Assembly (NCBI GenBank): GCA_963695555.1 | Contig: CAVOGR010000007.1 | Span: 32,001-96,000, forward strand | Length of the DNA stretch: 64,000 bases | Direction: 5' to 3' | From: an uncultured Gemmatimonadales bacterium | Lineage (GTDB): Bacteria; Gemmatimonadota; Gemmatimonadetes; Gemmatimonadales; GWC2-71-9 | Shown: piece after piece, positions 29,301-39,233 of the stretch | How the letters are laid out: each line of letters opens with the position of its first letter | Numbering within the stretch: the first letter of the stretch is position 1 | Notes under the pieces: model-generated | What the model was told of the DNA's origin: nothing | Database searches by the model: none | Seen by the model: only the letters and a program-made list of their open reading frames with translations | Program-made: the position numbers and the translations under genes

Positions 29301-30681
29301 CTACGCCGGTGCCGGCGCGGCGCGGGGCACTTCCTCCAGCTGGGCGGTGAAGTGCCGCAGATACGGCGGGTCGTTGAGCAACCGGAGCCCACGCAACGCG
29401 TGCCGGTGTTGGAACGCCTGGCCGCACGCCTCCACCACGTAGTCCATGTGGCTTTGGGTATAGACCCGGCGCGGAATGGCAAAGCGGACCAGTTCCATCG
29501 CGGGGGGTTCAGCAGCCTGGCCAAACATGAGGCTGCCGATCTCCACGGTTCGGATACCCGCCTGCCGGTAGAGCGCGCACACCAAAGCTTGCCCGGGAAA
29601 CTGCTCCGGCGGAATGTGAGGGCACAACTCACCGGCATCGACGTAAATGGCGTGGCCGCCCGGCGGCTCCACGATTTGGTATCCGATGTCGAGGAGTCGC
29701 TCGCCCAGGTATTCCGTCGAGCGGAGCCGGTAGGCAAGGTAATCCTCGTGCACTACCTCCTCGAACCCCTGGGCCATCGCCTCCAGGTCGCGGCCGGCCA
29801 CCCCACCGTAGGTGACGAACCCCTCGGTCAGAATGAGGAGCGCGCCCGCCCGTTCCGCGAGGGCATCGTCCCGGAGGAGCAGCACTCCGCCGATGTTCAC
29901 GAGGCCGTCCTTCTTGGCGCTGATCGTCGCCCCGTCGGCCAGGTCGAACATTTCCCGGACGATGCTCTTCACGGTCCGCTCGGCTTGCCCTGGCTCGCGC
30001 AGCTTGATGAAGTAGGCGTTCTCGGCGAACCGGCATGCATCGAGAAAGAGCGGAATGCCGTAGCCGTCACAGATCCGGCGCACGGCCCTGAGATTCTCGA
30101 GGCTGACGGGTTGCCCGCCGCCCGAGTTGTTGGTGACGGTAATCATGCACAGCGGAATGCGATCGGGGCCCACCCGTTCGATCAAGCTCGACCAACTTGT
30201 CCACGTCCATGTTGCCTTTGAAGGGATGGCGGCCCTTGGCATGCTTCCCTTCGTCGATCACCAGGTCGATGGCCTCGGCCCCGGAGTGCTCGATGTTGGC
30301 CCGGGTGGTGTCGAAGTGGTTGTTGTTCGGCACCACCTTCCCAGGCCCACCGACCAATTCGAACAGGATGCGCTCGGATGCCCGGCCCTGATGCGTCGGC
30401 AGGATGTGCGTGAACCCGGTCAAGTCCTCGAGGCGATGAAGAAACCGATAGAAGCTCTCCGCACCGGCGTACGATTCATCGCCCTGCATCATGGCAGCCC
30501 ACTGCAGGCTGCTCATGGCGCCGGTGCCGCTGTCGGTCAGGAGATCGATCAGCACGTCCCGGGCGTGAAGATTGAACATGTTGTACTGCGCGTCATGGAG
30601 CGCCTGTTCGCGCTCCGCGGGCGTCGTGAGCCGGAGCGGCTCGACCACCTTGATCTTGAAGGGCTCGATGATGGTCTTCAT
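29301..30681 (-). CDS. tnaA: Tryptophanase / tyrosine phenol-lyase family beta-eliminating lyase, split by a +1 frameshift near 30184
   Basis: MKTIIEPFKIKVVEP, IDLLTDSGT, GDESYAG, PTHQGR, FKGNMD, then in another frame TVTNNSGGGQPVS, SAKKDGLVNIGG, VRFAIPRRVYT, LRHFTA. Confidence 0.88.
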
Positions 30682-30727
30682 CGCCATCGCCCAGCCGTCG
30701 CCGGCAGGTACCCAGCCCGTCTGGCGC

Positions 30728-31972
30728 TCACGCGGACGGCATGCCCCCGATTCGGAGCCGTACGACGTACTGGACATCCAGTTCGTCGCGCCAGATGCCG
30801 TAGATCGTGTCGCCTTCGAACCGAAGCGGCGTGAAGCGTTCCGGCATCGCGACCACACCGAGGTACCGCCCCTCCGCGTCAAACACATCGAAATCCGACG
30901 ACCCGAGGTCCTGTTGCGGGTTGAAGAACTCCTGAGCCTCCGGGCTCAGGGCACTGGGCGCCAGGATTCTCTGCACCCACACCGTGTTCTTGGGACCGCT
31001 CAGGAACTGGAGATAGGCCGGGAAGTTGTCCGCGAAGCGAATGGCCGACCGGAGCTGGTCGATGGCCTGCGCCGGCACGCCGGCCTCTTTCCAGAGGCGC
31101 TCCATCGCGTTCAGGAGGACGGCCCGATCCCGCTCCCCGACCGCCATGGGCTCACTGGGCTTCGTGATGACCCGGGTCAGAGCACCAGCAGGGTTGTAGA
31201 CGCCGATCCGGTACGTGTCGTTGACGCCGAACAGGATGCCCGCGTCGGGAGTGAGCGCCCACACCGGCTCGGCCACGAAAAAGGTGATCTCCGGCCCACC
31301 GCTCGCAAACGAGATGGTCTTGCCGGACGGGACGCGCATCAAGGTGTCCGTCACCGAGCCGTCGGTGTCACGGACCGCGATCAAGTCCATGCTGTCCGTC
31401 GCCGGCTGATTGGGCAGCGCGAGCGGCCGCAACTGGTTGACGATCACGCCCGACGGCGTCGCATCCCAGCGAAGGGGAAGGCCGTCGGTGAAGACCATGG
31501 GATAACTCCCGAAACTGGTTCCATCGGGAGCATAGCGATTCACCCGCTGCTGCTGGAGGTCGGGCACCAAGAGGGTGTCACCCAGACCCATCAGCACTGG
31601 CCCCGCGCCGGCACCGAACTCTCCCGGCCCACCGCCCGGCCCGCCGATGGCCCGGTCGAACGTGCCGTCCGACGTGAACACCCGAACCTGCTGCGCACCC
31701 TGATCCATGACGTAGATCCGTCCGTCCGATCCGACCGCGACACCTGCCACCCGAACGAACTGGTAGTCCGGCTCGTCCTCGGCGGAACCGATCTTGAGCT
31801 CCTCCATGACCGTCCAGCGGCTCGCGTCGGTCCACAGCTCACTCGTGGGATTGACGACGATGGGAATGCCGGCGCTGTCGGTCACGGTGCCTGCCCATTC
31901 GGAAGCGGCCTCACCCTTGGCGCATGCGAGCGCCAGGACCAGGAGCAGCACACTGTAGTCTGATCGCTTCAT
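30728..31972 (-). CDS. 6-bladed beta-propeller (NHL-like) lipoprotein
   Basis: Lipobox LAC, DSAGIPIV, GGPGGGPGEF, FDVFDAEGRYLG. Confidence 0.8.
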   Translation of the reverse strand: MKRSDYSVLLLVLALACAKGEAASEWAGTVTDSAGIPIVVNPTSELWTDASRWTVMEELKIGSAEDEPDYQFVRVAGVAVGSDGRIYVMDQGAQQVRVFTSDGTFDRAIGGPGGGPGEFGAGAGPVLMGLGDTLLVPDLQQQRVNRYAPDGTSFGSYPMVFTDGLPLRWDATPSGVIVNQLRPLALPNQPATDSMDLIAVRDTDGSVTDTLMRVPSGKTISFASGGPEITFFVAEPVWALTPDAGILFGVNDTYRIGVYNPAGALTRVITKPSEPMAVGERDRAVLLNAMERLWKEAGVPAQAIDQLRSAIRFADNFPAYLQFLSGPKNTVWVQRILAPSALSPEAQEFFNPQQDLGSSDFDVFDAEGRYLGVVAMPERFTPLRFEGDTIYGIWRDELDVQYVVRLRIGGMPSA

Positions 31973-32069
31973 CGTTACATCCACCGTTGGAGTATTGGAA
32001 CAATGTTCAACCCTAGATCCCGGGCCGTGAAGGAATCGGGAAGGATACCTGAAGAGGACGTGGCCGGAG

Positions 32070-34073
32070 CTATTCCTCCGTCACGCGCCCGCCCCGCACC
32101 GCCCACAGTCCCATGAGGCCAACAATCAGCATGATCGTCGCCAGGGCCAGGCCCTGAAGCGCCACGTTGGGCAGGTCGAGTTGCCATCCTTGAATCGGCC
32201 GCCCGCCGCGCGCCACCACCCAGAGCGCCAACACGACACCCGTCAACCCACCGCCCCCAACCAGGCCCGAGCCGAACAGCACACCCTGCTCGCGCCGCCG
32301 TTCGGCCACATCAGCGGGGCAGCCGCGCGTCAGGAACAAGCGGGCCATGCCACCGAGGAAGACCGCCGCCATCGTCGAGAGAGGCAGGTACACGCCCACG
32401 GCAAAGGCCAACACGGGAACCCGGAACAGCGAGGCCACGAGGCCGATGCCGACACCGACGAAGATGAGCATCCAGGGAAGATTCTGGTCCAACACGCCAT
32501 CGATCACGAGCTTCATCAATACGGCCTGGGGCGCCGGAAGCTCCGCGCCGCCCAAGCCCCCCGGCACACCTTGATGCAGCAGCATGACGACCAGCGCCAC
32601 GACACCGGCCGAGGTAATCACCCCGACCAGTTCCCCTATTTGTTGGAATCGCGGCGTGGCCCCGAGGATGTATCCCGTTTTGAGATCCTGCGACGTGTCG
32701 CCCGCAATGGAGGCCGCTATACAGACCGCCGTGCCGACCATCAGAGCGGTCGCCTTGCCGGGTAGGTCGGTCCAGCCGAGCAGGAAGAAGATAGCGCTCG
32801 TCCCGAGCAGGGTCGCGATGGTCATCCCGGACGTGGGGTTCGAGGTGACCCCTACCAAGCCCACGATGCGGGAGCTGACGGTGACAAAGAAGAACGCGAA
32901 GATGGCGATCAGGATCGAGGCCACCGCGCGAACCGGGATCGACTCGAGATAGCCCAAGACGCCCGGCGTGAACGTGAGGGCCAGGAGGATGGCGACAACG
33001 AAGATCCCGACCACCTTGAAAGACAGGTCCTGATCCGTCCGATCGATCGCGGCCCCGCTCTCGCCCGCCGTGATGTGCTTCAGGCCAAGCCGGAAGGACT
33101 CGATCATGGTCGGGATCGATTTGATGAGCGTGATGATCCCGCCGGTGGCCACGGCGCCGGCGCCGATGTAGCGCACGTACCGGTGCCAGATGTCACCCGC
33201 CGCCATGTCGCGGATCAAGTTCTCCGTTTCAGGAAAGAGCGGCGCGGTGAGGCCGGCGCCCCAGAAATTGATGATGGGAATGATGATAAACGCCGACAGC
33301 GCGGAGCCGGCCACCATGACCGTGGCAATCCGCGGGCCGAGGATATACCCCACGCCCAGAAGCGGGGGTGACACGGCGATCGCCACGTTGGCCTTGAAGG
33401 CGAGCGCCGCCTGAAAGGTCCCGCTCACGAGCTTGGCGCCATCGGTGATGAGCTTGAACAACATCCCGATCCCGAGTCCCCAGAACACTCCGGCGGCCTG
33501 CTTTCCGCCCCCCTCGGCGGCTACGAGCACCTCGGCGCAGGCCATACCCTCCGGGTAAGGCAGTTTGCCGTGTTCTCGCTTGATCAGGTATCGCCGGAGC
33601 GGAATCATCGACAGCACGCCGATCAATCCGCCTGCCATGGTCACCAGGGTGACCTTGGCCCAGGCCGGGCTCATGCCCCAAATGAAGAGCGCGGGAATTG
33701 TGAACAGCACGCCGGAGGCCACGGACGAACTGGCCGAGCCCACGGTCTGGGAGATGTTGCTCTCGAGAATCGAGTGGCGCAGGCCGAAGGCGGAGAACAG
33801 CCGGAAGGCCACGACCGTGAGCACCGCCACCGGAATGGACGTGCTGATCGTGAGGCCGGCTTTGAGGCCGAGGTAGGTGTTGGCAGCGCCGAAGATGACG
33901 CCGAGGATTGCACCCGTCACCACGGCCTTGACGGTAAACTCGGTGAGCGTCTGTCCGTGGGTGAAAGGGACGTATTCCTCGCCCTCTTTCAGCTCATAGG
34001 CGGTCGGCGGCAGCTTGCGAGCAGGGCCGCCCACGGGATCCTTCTCCGGGGAACTCATTGCGCGAATGTTCAC
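32070..34073 (-). CDS. OPT family oligopeptide transporter
   Basis: YLGLKAGLTISTSIP, LPYPEGMACAEVL, SNPTSGMTIAT, QDLKTG, PAPQAVLM. Confidence 0.95.
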   Translation of the reverse strand: MNIRAMSSPEKDPVGGPARKLPPTAYELKEGEEYVPFTHGQTLTEFTVKAVVTGAILGVIFGAANTYLGLKAGLTISTSIPVAVLTVVAFRLFSAFGLRHSILESNISQTVGSASSSVASGVLFTIPALFIWGMSPAWAKVTLVTMAGGLIGVLSMIPLRRYLIKREHGKLPYPEGMACAEVLVAAEGGGKQAAGVFWGLGIGMLFKLITDGAKLVSGTFQAALAFKANVAIAVSPPLLGVGYILGPRIATVMVAGSALSAFIIIPIINFWGAGLTAPLFPETENLIRDMAAGDIWHRYVRYIGAGAVATGGIITLIKSIPTMIESFRLGLKHITAGESGAAIDRTDQDLSFKVVGIFVVAILLALTFTPGVLGYLESIPVRAVASILIAIFAFFFVTVSSRIVGLVGVTSNPTSGMTIATLLGTSAIFFLLGWTDLPGKATALMVGTAVCIAASIAGDTSQDLKTGYILGATPRFQQIGELVGVITSAGVVALVVMLLHQGVPGGLGGAELPAPQAVLMKLVIDGVLDQNLPWMLIFVGVGIGLVASLFRVPVLAFAVGVYLPLSTMAAVFLGGMARLFLTRGCPADVAERRREQGVLFGSGLVGGGGLTGVVLALWVVARGGRPIQGWQLDLPNVALQGLALATIMLIVGLMGLWAVRGGRVTEE

Positions 34074-34386
34074 TCATCCGGGTCATGATGCAAGTTCGAT
34101 CCGCCGTCACGGAGTCCACACGACGAATCCCAAAGGAAGCGAGAAGGCCGGAGCGTTCAGTCGCGCCGACACGACGGCGAATGAGGTATGCGAAGAGTAG
34201 CGAGACGGCGACGAGGCTCGCCCAGTGCAAGTGCCTCCGACTCGGGGCGCCAGTTTCATGCCCAATCCAGCCCAGCCAAGGGATCCCCGAATCTCCACCA
34301 ATCTTCTATTCTTCAGGGACCATCCACGCGTCGGCGAGACACTACTCCGACGCGACGCACCTCATCGGCTAGCTGGAGCGCCCATC

Positions 34387-35817
34387 GTGGAGAGCAAAAG
34401 GAAAGAGGGAAACACTGCGAAAAAGACCGAGCTCACGGAGTGGACGATCGCCGCCTTCTCTCAGCTGGCCTCACGTCACCTCGCCACAGAACACCAGCCG
34501 TTCGTCCCTTCCGAGCGCTTGCCCTCCGACCTGAGAGACGAACTGGGCATTGCGCTCGCGAAGCAGGGCTCCGGTCTCGAGGAACTCGTCGGCAAGCTCG
34601 AGCGTATTCTTGCGGCGACACCGTCCTCGTCCAGCCGCCGGTTCTTCAACCAGCTGTTCGGTGGCCGAGACCCGGCCGGTCTGCTGGCCGAAATGCTTAC
34701 TCCACTCGCCAACAGCTCGATGTATACCTACAAGGTTGCTGGCCCGGCGGTGCTCATCGAGCAGGAGGTTATTGCGCGCGCCCTTCAGAAACTGGGCTAC
34801 CTGGACGGTGAGGGCATGTTTTCCCCGGGGGGGTCCCTCTCTAACCTGACCGCAATGCTCTTGGCCCGGAATGAAAAGCTGGAGGACGCGCGGGAGAACG
34901 GGCTCACGGGTCAGCATCTCACGGTGTACCTGTCCGATCAGGGCCACTACTCGATCCGAAAGAGCGCCGGGATGCTCGGCCTGGGCCGGAACAATGTGCG
35001 ACTCGTCCCGACGGATGCCAACGGATCCATGGACAGCGCGGCGGCGCGGCAACTCATCGAGCGCGACCAGCGCAACGGCGCAACACCGCTCATACTCGTC
35101 GCGACGACTGGCACCACGGTGCTCGGAGCATTCGATCCGATCGGCGAGTTGGCGGACCTCGCTCGGGAATTCGACCTGTGGCTGCATGTCGATGGCGCTC
35201 TCGGAGGCTCGGTCATGTTGTGTGACGAGCATCGTCACTTGATGGAAGGCGCCGAGCGATCGGACTCGTTCACTTGGAACGCGCACAAGATGATGGGCGT
35301 CCCGCTTTCCTGCTCCATGCTGCTGGTGAATCGCCGTGGCCTCCTGCAGCGGCACCTGGACGAACCGGCGGAGTACCTTTTTCAGACCGGCGATAGCGAC
35401 CTGAACCCCGGGCGCCGCTCCATCCAATGCGGCCGGCGGAACGATGCCCTCAAGCTATGGGCCGCCTGGCAGTTCCACGGAGACGCCGGATTTAGCCAGC
35501 GCATCGAGCGACAATTCGCCAATGCTCGGCTCTTCACGTCGATGATCCAGCATGACCCCCAACTCATCCTCGCGAAGCCGCCGCAATCGATAAATGTCTG
35601 TTTTGGGGTGAAGGGGAAGAGCAGCAGAGACATCTGTACCGTGTTGGACCGAGCGGGCCGGTTAAAGATCGGTTTCGGCACAGTGGACGGGCGAGACATG
35701 ATTCGGATGGTCTGCGTCAATCCCGACGTCACCGAGAGCGACCTGAGAACCGTCCTGGAGGAAATCAAGTCGGTGGCAGCCGAACTGCCGCCAATCTCCG
35801 ATCCCCCAACAGGATAG
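34387..35817 (+). CDS. Group II PLP-dependent decarboxylase (glutamate/cysteine sulfinate decarboxylase-like)
   Basis: FFNQLFGG, PGGSLSN, HYSIRK, GTTVLGAFDP, LHVDGA, WNAHKMM, QCGRRNDALKLW. Start tentatively GTG 34387 after GGAG; the frame is open from 34225. Confidence 0.9.
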   Translation: MESKRKEGNTAKKTELTEWTIAAFSQLASRHLATEHQPFVPSERLPSDLRDELGIALAKQGSGLEELVGKLERILAATPSSSSRRFFNQLFGGRDPAGLLAEMLTPLANSSMYTYKVAGPAVLIEQEVIARALQKLGYLDGEGMFSPGGSLSNLTAMLLARNEKLEDARENGLTGQHLTVYLSDQGHYSIRKSAGMLGLGRNNVRLVPTDANGSMDSAAARQLIERDQRNGATPLILVATTGTTVLGAFDPIGELADLAREFDLWLHVDGALGGSVMLCDEHRHLMEGAERSDSFTWNAHKMMGVPLSCSMLLVNRRGLLQRHLDEPAEYLFQTGDSDLNPGRRSIQCGRRNDALKLWAAWQFHGDAGFSQRIERQFANARLFTSMIQHDPQLILAKPPQSINVCFGVKGKSSRDICTVLDRAGRLKIGFGTVDGRDMIRMVCVNPDVTESDLRTVLEEIKSVAAELPPISDPPTG

Positions 35818-35875
35818 GCAGGCGATCCGTGCGGCACGACAAGGACATGATTGGCATCAATGGGAGGGAGATACG

Positions 35876-36412
35876 ATGACAATACGACGCATCATGGGAA
35901 CCGTGATCGCTCTGGCCTGGGCCGGGCTCGTTCCCCGCATGGCAGCGCACGCACAGACTCCATCCGAGGACGACGCTCTCCAAACCGCCGAGGGTGTCGT
36001 GAACCAACTCTACGAGCTGGTCACGATCGAGGCCGGACACAGCCCCGACTGGGACGCGGTCAGGTCACTCTTCCTCGACCAGGCGGTCATCGTATTGCGC
36101 ACCAGTCGAACCGCAACGACGGTATTCTCGGTGGACGGCTTCGTGAACGATTTCGTCACCTTCATCGAAGGGGCCAATGTGCGGGAGACGGGGTTCACGG
36201 AACGAGTGCTACGCACCAAGCCGACGGTCTTCGGCGACATGGCGCACGTGTGGGTGCTCTATGAGGCCAGCATTCCCGGATCGCCGCGGCCGCCGCAGCA
36301 GGGTGTCGACAGCTTCTCGTTGATCAAGCAGGACGGCCGGTGGTGGATTGCCGCGGTCACCAACGAGATCCCGACGCCCACGAGGCCCGTCCCGGCGCCG
36401 CTCCAGGAATAG
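35876..36412 (+). CDS. Exported NTF2-like fold hypothetical protein
   Basis: Signal peptide AHA-Q; FGDMAHVW...GVDSFSLIKQDGRWWI. Confidence 0.72.
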   Translation: MTIRRIMGTVIALAWAGLVPRMAAHAQTPSEDDALQTAEGVVNQLYELVTIEAGHSPDWDAVRSLFLDQAVIVLRTSRTATTVFSVDGFVNDFVTFIEGANVRETGFTERVLRTKPTVFGDMAHVWVLYEASIPGSPRPPQQGVDSFSLIKQDGRWWIAAVTNEIPTPTRPVPAPLQE

Positions 36413-36451
36413 CAGCGGCGCTGGCGGCCCAGGTTACGGGTGTCGTCCGCG

Positions 36452-37075
36452 CTAGCGACGCTCCCAGCTCGCCCTGAAGTCCCGGGTCACTTGGTACACC
36501 AGGGCCTCGATCAGGTCGGAATACGCCCGGTTCGGGTCGTCGGCGTCGAAGGCGAAGTCCCCGCCCCCGAGGATCCTGACGTGACCGACCCGCCGCGTGG
36601 CCCTGGCCGAGCCGCTCCAAAGCGACGCCCCAGAGGCCGTCTCGATCAATTGCACCGCGAGGGTCGCATCGACGTCGGCGGCGACGCTCGATCGGAGGAG
36701 CCCCGGATCGATTCGGACGACGGGCCTCACATCCGAGATCTCGAGCCGCCCGGCGAAGAGGGTCTGGACCCGGTGCCGCTCGCCCAAGGCCTGGATGGCG
36801 GCCGGGTCCAGCCGCGGCCGCCCGACGTCCTGCAGCGCCGTGGACTGGGATCCAAGGTCGGTGATTCGGACCAGGCCCTGGTCCCGGCGCGCGATGTCGA
36901 TGAACCTCCGGGTCGCATAGGAGCCCAGGTCGCCTTCGCTCGAGGCCGTGAACTCGAGTACTCCCACGATTTCATGCTGGGTCAGATCGATGCGGGGCGG
37001 GATCATCACCCTGGTACCGCATCCCGTAGCGATTGCTCCCATGGCCGCTATCCCGAGCACTGGACCGTATTTCAT
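36452..37075 (-). CDS. Hypothetical lipoprotein (possibly CsgG/LpoB-like fold)
   Basis: Lipobox TGC; VQLIETASGASLWSG pattern. Confidence 0.6.
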   Translation of the reverse strand: MKYGPVLGIAAMGAIATGCGTRVMIPPRIDLTQHEIVGVLEFTASSEGDLGSYATRRFIDIARRDQGLVRITDLGSQSTALQDVGRPRLDPAAIQALGERHRVQTLFAGRLEISDVRPVVRIDPGLLRSSVAADVDATLAVQLIETASGASLWSGSARATRRVGHVRILGGGDFAFDADDPNRAYSDLIEALVYQVTRDFRASWERR

Positions 37076-37078
37076 GGC

Positions 37079-37273
37079 TTACCCTCGCTGAGCGACGCCG
37101 AGCTTCTCCAGAATCTGCTCCATCAAACACCATTTGGTGATGCTCGACTGGAGGAGGTTCAGCCCGACAAACGCCGTGAAGAGGTACCAATAGGGACTCA
37201 CCCAGTATCCCAGGGCGAGCGAAATGAGGATGAAGCTTCCAGCGATAGCACGAATCGTGTAGTGCATGTTCAT
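37079..37273 (-). CDS. DUF2892 (YgaP-like) small membrane protein
   Basis: IRAIAG...FVGLNLLQSSITKWCLM. Confidence 0.85.
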   Translation of the reverse strand: MNMHYTIRAIAGSFILISLALGYWVSPYWYLFTAFVGLNLLQSSITKWCLMEQILEKLGVAQRG

Positions 37274-37329
37274 GGCACACTCCCGAACGGATCGATCATG
37301 GCCGCGGGCCGCCTGGGCCCCGTCGCATC

Positions 37330-37366
37330 AAAAAACGGTGGGAGGATCGAGTCGCCTCCCACCGTT
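37330..37366 (-). terminator. Rho-independent terminator downstream of the peroxiredoxin gene
   Basis: Stem AACGGTGGGAGG / CCTCCCACCGTT with a 9-nt loop; the A-run at 37330-37335 is a U-tract on the minus strand. Confidence 0.85.
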
Positions 37367-37389
37367 CGCATCCATCGCGCGGCAATCTC

Positions 37390-38022
37390 CTACTTGGTCG
37401 GCTGCGGTGTCACTCTGAGGTAGGGCTTCTTGGCATCGAAGCCCGGGAATTTCTTCATTGCCTCCTCGTCCGACACTCCGGTGCCGATGATCACATCCTC
37501 ACCTTCCTCCCAGTCCGCAGGTGTCGCGACCTGGTATTTGGCGGTGAGCTGGAGCGAGTCGAGCGAGCGCAGCAACTCGTCGAAGTTCCGGCCCGTGCTG
37601 GCCGGGTAGGTGAGCGTCAGCCTAACGGTATTGTCCGGCCCAACGATAAACACGGACCGCACGGTGAGCGTGTTGTCCGCGTTGGGGTGGATCATGTCGT
37701 ACAGGTCCGAGACCTTGCGATCGTGGTCCGCAATGAGTGGAAAGTTGAGCTCGTTGCCCGTGACGTCCTTGATGTCCTTGGCCCAACGCTTGTGACTGTC
37801 GAGCGGGTCGACGCTCAGGCCGATGACCTTGGTGTTTCGCTTGTCGAATTCCCGCTTGAGCCCGGCGACCCGGCCCAACTCGGTGGTGCAGACGGGAGTG
37901 AAGTCTTTGGGGTGCGAGAACAGCACGGCCCAGCCATTTCCCTTCCATTCATGGAATTCAATCGGGCCTTCGGTGGTCTCGGCGGTGAAGTTTGGGGCGA
38001 CGTCGCCCAATCGGATTGCCAT
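37390..38022 (-). CDS. 1-Cys peroxiredoxin (Prx6 family)
   Basis: FSHPKDFTPVCTTE, YPASTGRNFDE, VATPADW. Confidence 0.95.
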   Translation of the reverse strand: MAIRLGDVAPNFTAETTEGPIEFHEWKGNGWAVLFSHPKDFTPVCTTELGRVAGLKREFDKRNTKVIGLSVDPLDSHKRWAKDIKDVTGNELNFPLIADHDRKVSDLYDMIHPNADNTLTVRSVFIVGPDNTVRLTLTYPASTGRNFDELLRSLDSLQLTAKYQVATPADWEEGEDVIIGTGVSDEEAMKKFPGFDAKKPYLRVTPQPTK

Positions 38023-38130
38023 GGGACGGTCCTCGGCACAGAGGTTAGTGAGGCGGCGCATGACCAGCGCCTCCCTCGGGCTCAGTGGGCCGAACCGGGG
38101 GCGCGGGCGCGCAGTTGCTGAGAAGATTGT

Positions 38131-38159
38131 AGGGTATGACGGTATTTGCGGGCTGTCAA
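38131..38159 (-). promoter_or_regulatory. Sigma70-type promoter for the peroxiredoxin gene
   Basis: Minus strand TTGACA-N17-TACCCT, with TACAAT immediately after. Confidence 0.6.
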
Positions 38160-39139
38160 TTCCGGTTCGACAGCTCGGGCACCGACCCACGGATAGCCGC
38201 CTCGCGGACGTGCGGTGGCTGACTCAAGCCGACCTTCCGCACGTCGAGCGGGATCCCTTTCCGCTCGTCGAGCACCAGCGCGATCGCCCCTGTTTCGCAC
38301 TGTCCCTCACACACCCCACACCCCATGCACTGCTCCCAGGCCACGGCCGCGCGGCCATTCACCGAAATTGCGTCGAAGGGACAGGCTTCTTCGCAGTCGC
38401 CACAGGCGATGCAGGCTCCCTCGTCGACCTCCGCCACGAAGCCCGATGAGGCCACCATGGGGACCGCGTGTCGCTGCATCGCAATCAGACCGCCGCAGCA
38501 GCACCGGCAGCAGTTGCAGATCGCATAGAACCGGTGGTCGCACGCGTCCTTGAAGTACGCCGTATGTACGTGTCCACGCTCATGCTCGGCCTGGAGCAAC
38601 TCAAGCGCCTCCTGCTGCGTCGCCCGGCGGGCTCGGTCGGGGTGATGCTCCAGCACCCAGTCCCCGCCCCCAACCAGCATGCACACCTGCGTCGGCCGAC
38701 AGGGATCTTCCCGCGCCGCCCGGCACGGACACTCGAGCAGCGTCACCCCGGGGGAGCTGGTCAGCACGATATCGCGCGCCGTGGAGTACGGGATGATGTG
38801 CTCGAGGTCGGTGCGCTCGATGTCGTGATCCAGCCGGATGATCTCACAGGCCAGGTTGGTGGGCAGGACCTTGCCGTGGTAGTGCTCGGCCCAGACGCGC
38901 TTGAACCCGGACGACACCCGGGGCGCCAACCGATAGACGAAAAACTTGATGTACTGGTAGCACCACCGGCCATACACGTAGCCGTGCAGGCCGTTCAACA
39001 GGCCACCCCGCCTGCCGTCCCGGCGCGAGCTGAGCGCCTCGCGGGTGGACGGCAGCATCAGGTGGCCGCGCTCGCCGACGAGCCACAGCCCAAGGAACCC
39101 CACCAGCATCAGGCCGGGAACCAGCAGGAGCCAGAGCAT
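38156..39139 (-). CDS. Membrane-anchored 4Fe-4S dicluster protein with extra Cys-rich domain
   Basis: N-terminal TM; CPCR, CNCCRCCC, CIACGDCEEACP, CMGCGVCEGQC. Confidence 0.85.
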   Translation of the reverse strand: MLWLLLVPGLMLVGFLGLWLVGERGHLMLPSTREALSSRRDGRRGGLLNGLHGYVYGRWCYQYIKFFVYRLAPRVSSGFKRVWAEHYHGKVLPTNLACEIIRLDHDIERTDLEHIIPYSTARDIVLTSSPGVTLLECPCRAAREDPCRPTQVCMLVGGGDWVLEHHPDRARRATQQEALELLQAEHERGHVHTAYFKDACDHRFYAICNCCRCCCGGLIAMQRHAVPMVASSGFVAEVDEGACIACGDCEEACPFDAISVNGRAAVAWEQCMGCGVCEGQCETGAIALVLDERKGIPLDVRKVGLSQPPHVREAAIRGSVPELSNRN

Positions 39140-39197
39140 CGGTGCCTCCGTCCGGAGTCAGCGACCGGCGGTCGACTCCCAAGCTAGGGCCCCGCAA

Positions 39198-39226
39198 TTG
39201 AAGGTCGAATGAAGGTGACCTGAAGG
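39198..39226 (-). promoter_or_regulatory. Three TGAAGGT direct repeats at 11-bp period, candidate regulator binding site
   Basis: TGAAGGT at 39198, 39209 and 39220; TAGCTT (-10-like) on the minus strand at 39186-39181. Confidence 0.55.
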
Positions 39227-39233
39227 TGCGGGT

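Noticed and set aside
1240..31963. Many long antisense or alternate-frame ORFs (e.g. 1240-2775, 7278-8771, 18993-20720, 30572-31963)
   Set aside because: They are shadows of well-supported genes in high-GC DNA, with no recognisable motifs.
33994..34301. Small ORFs or a leader peptide between the OPT and decarboxylase genes
   Set aside because: No convincing RBS or motif, and the candidates overlap each other and neighbouring starts.
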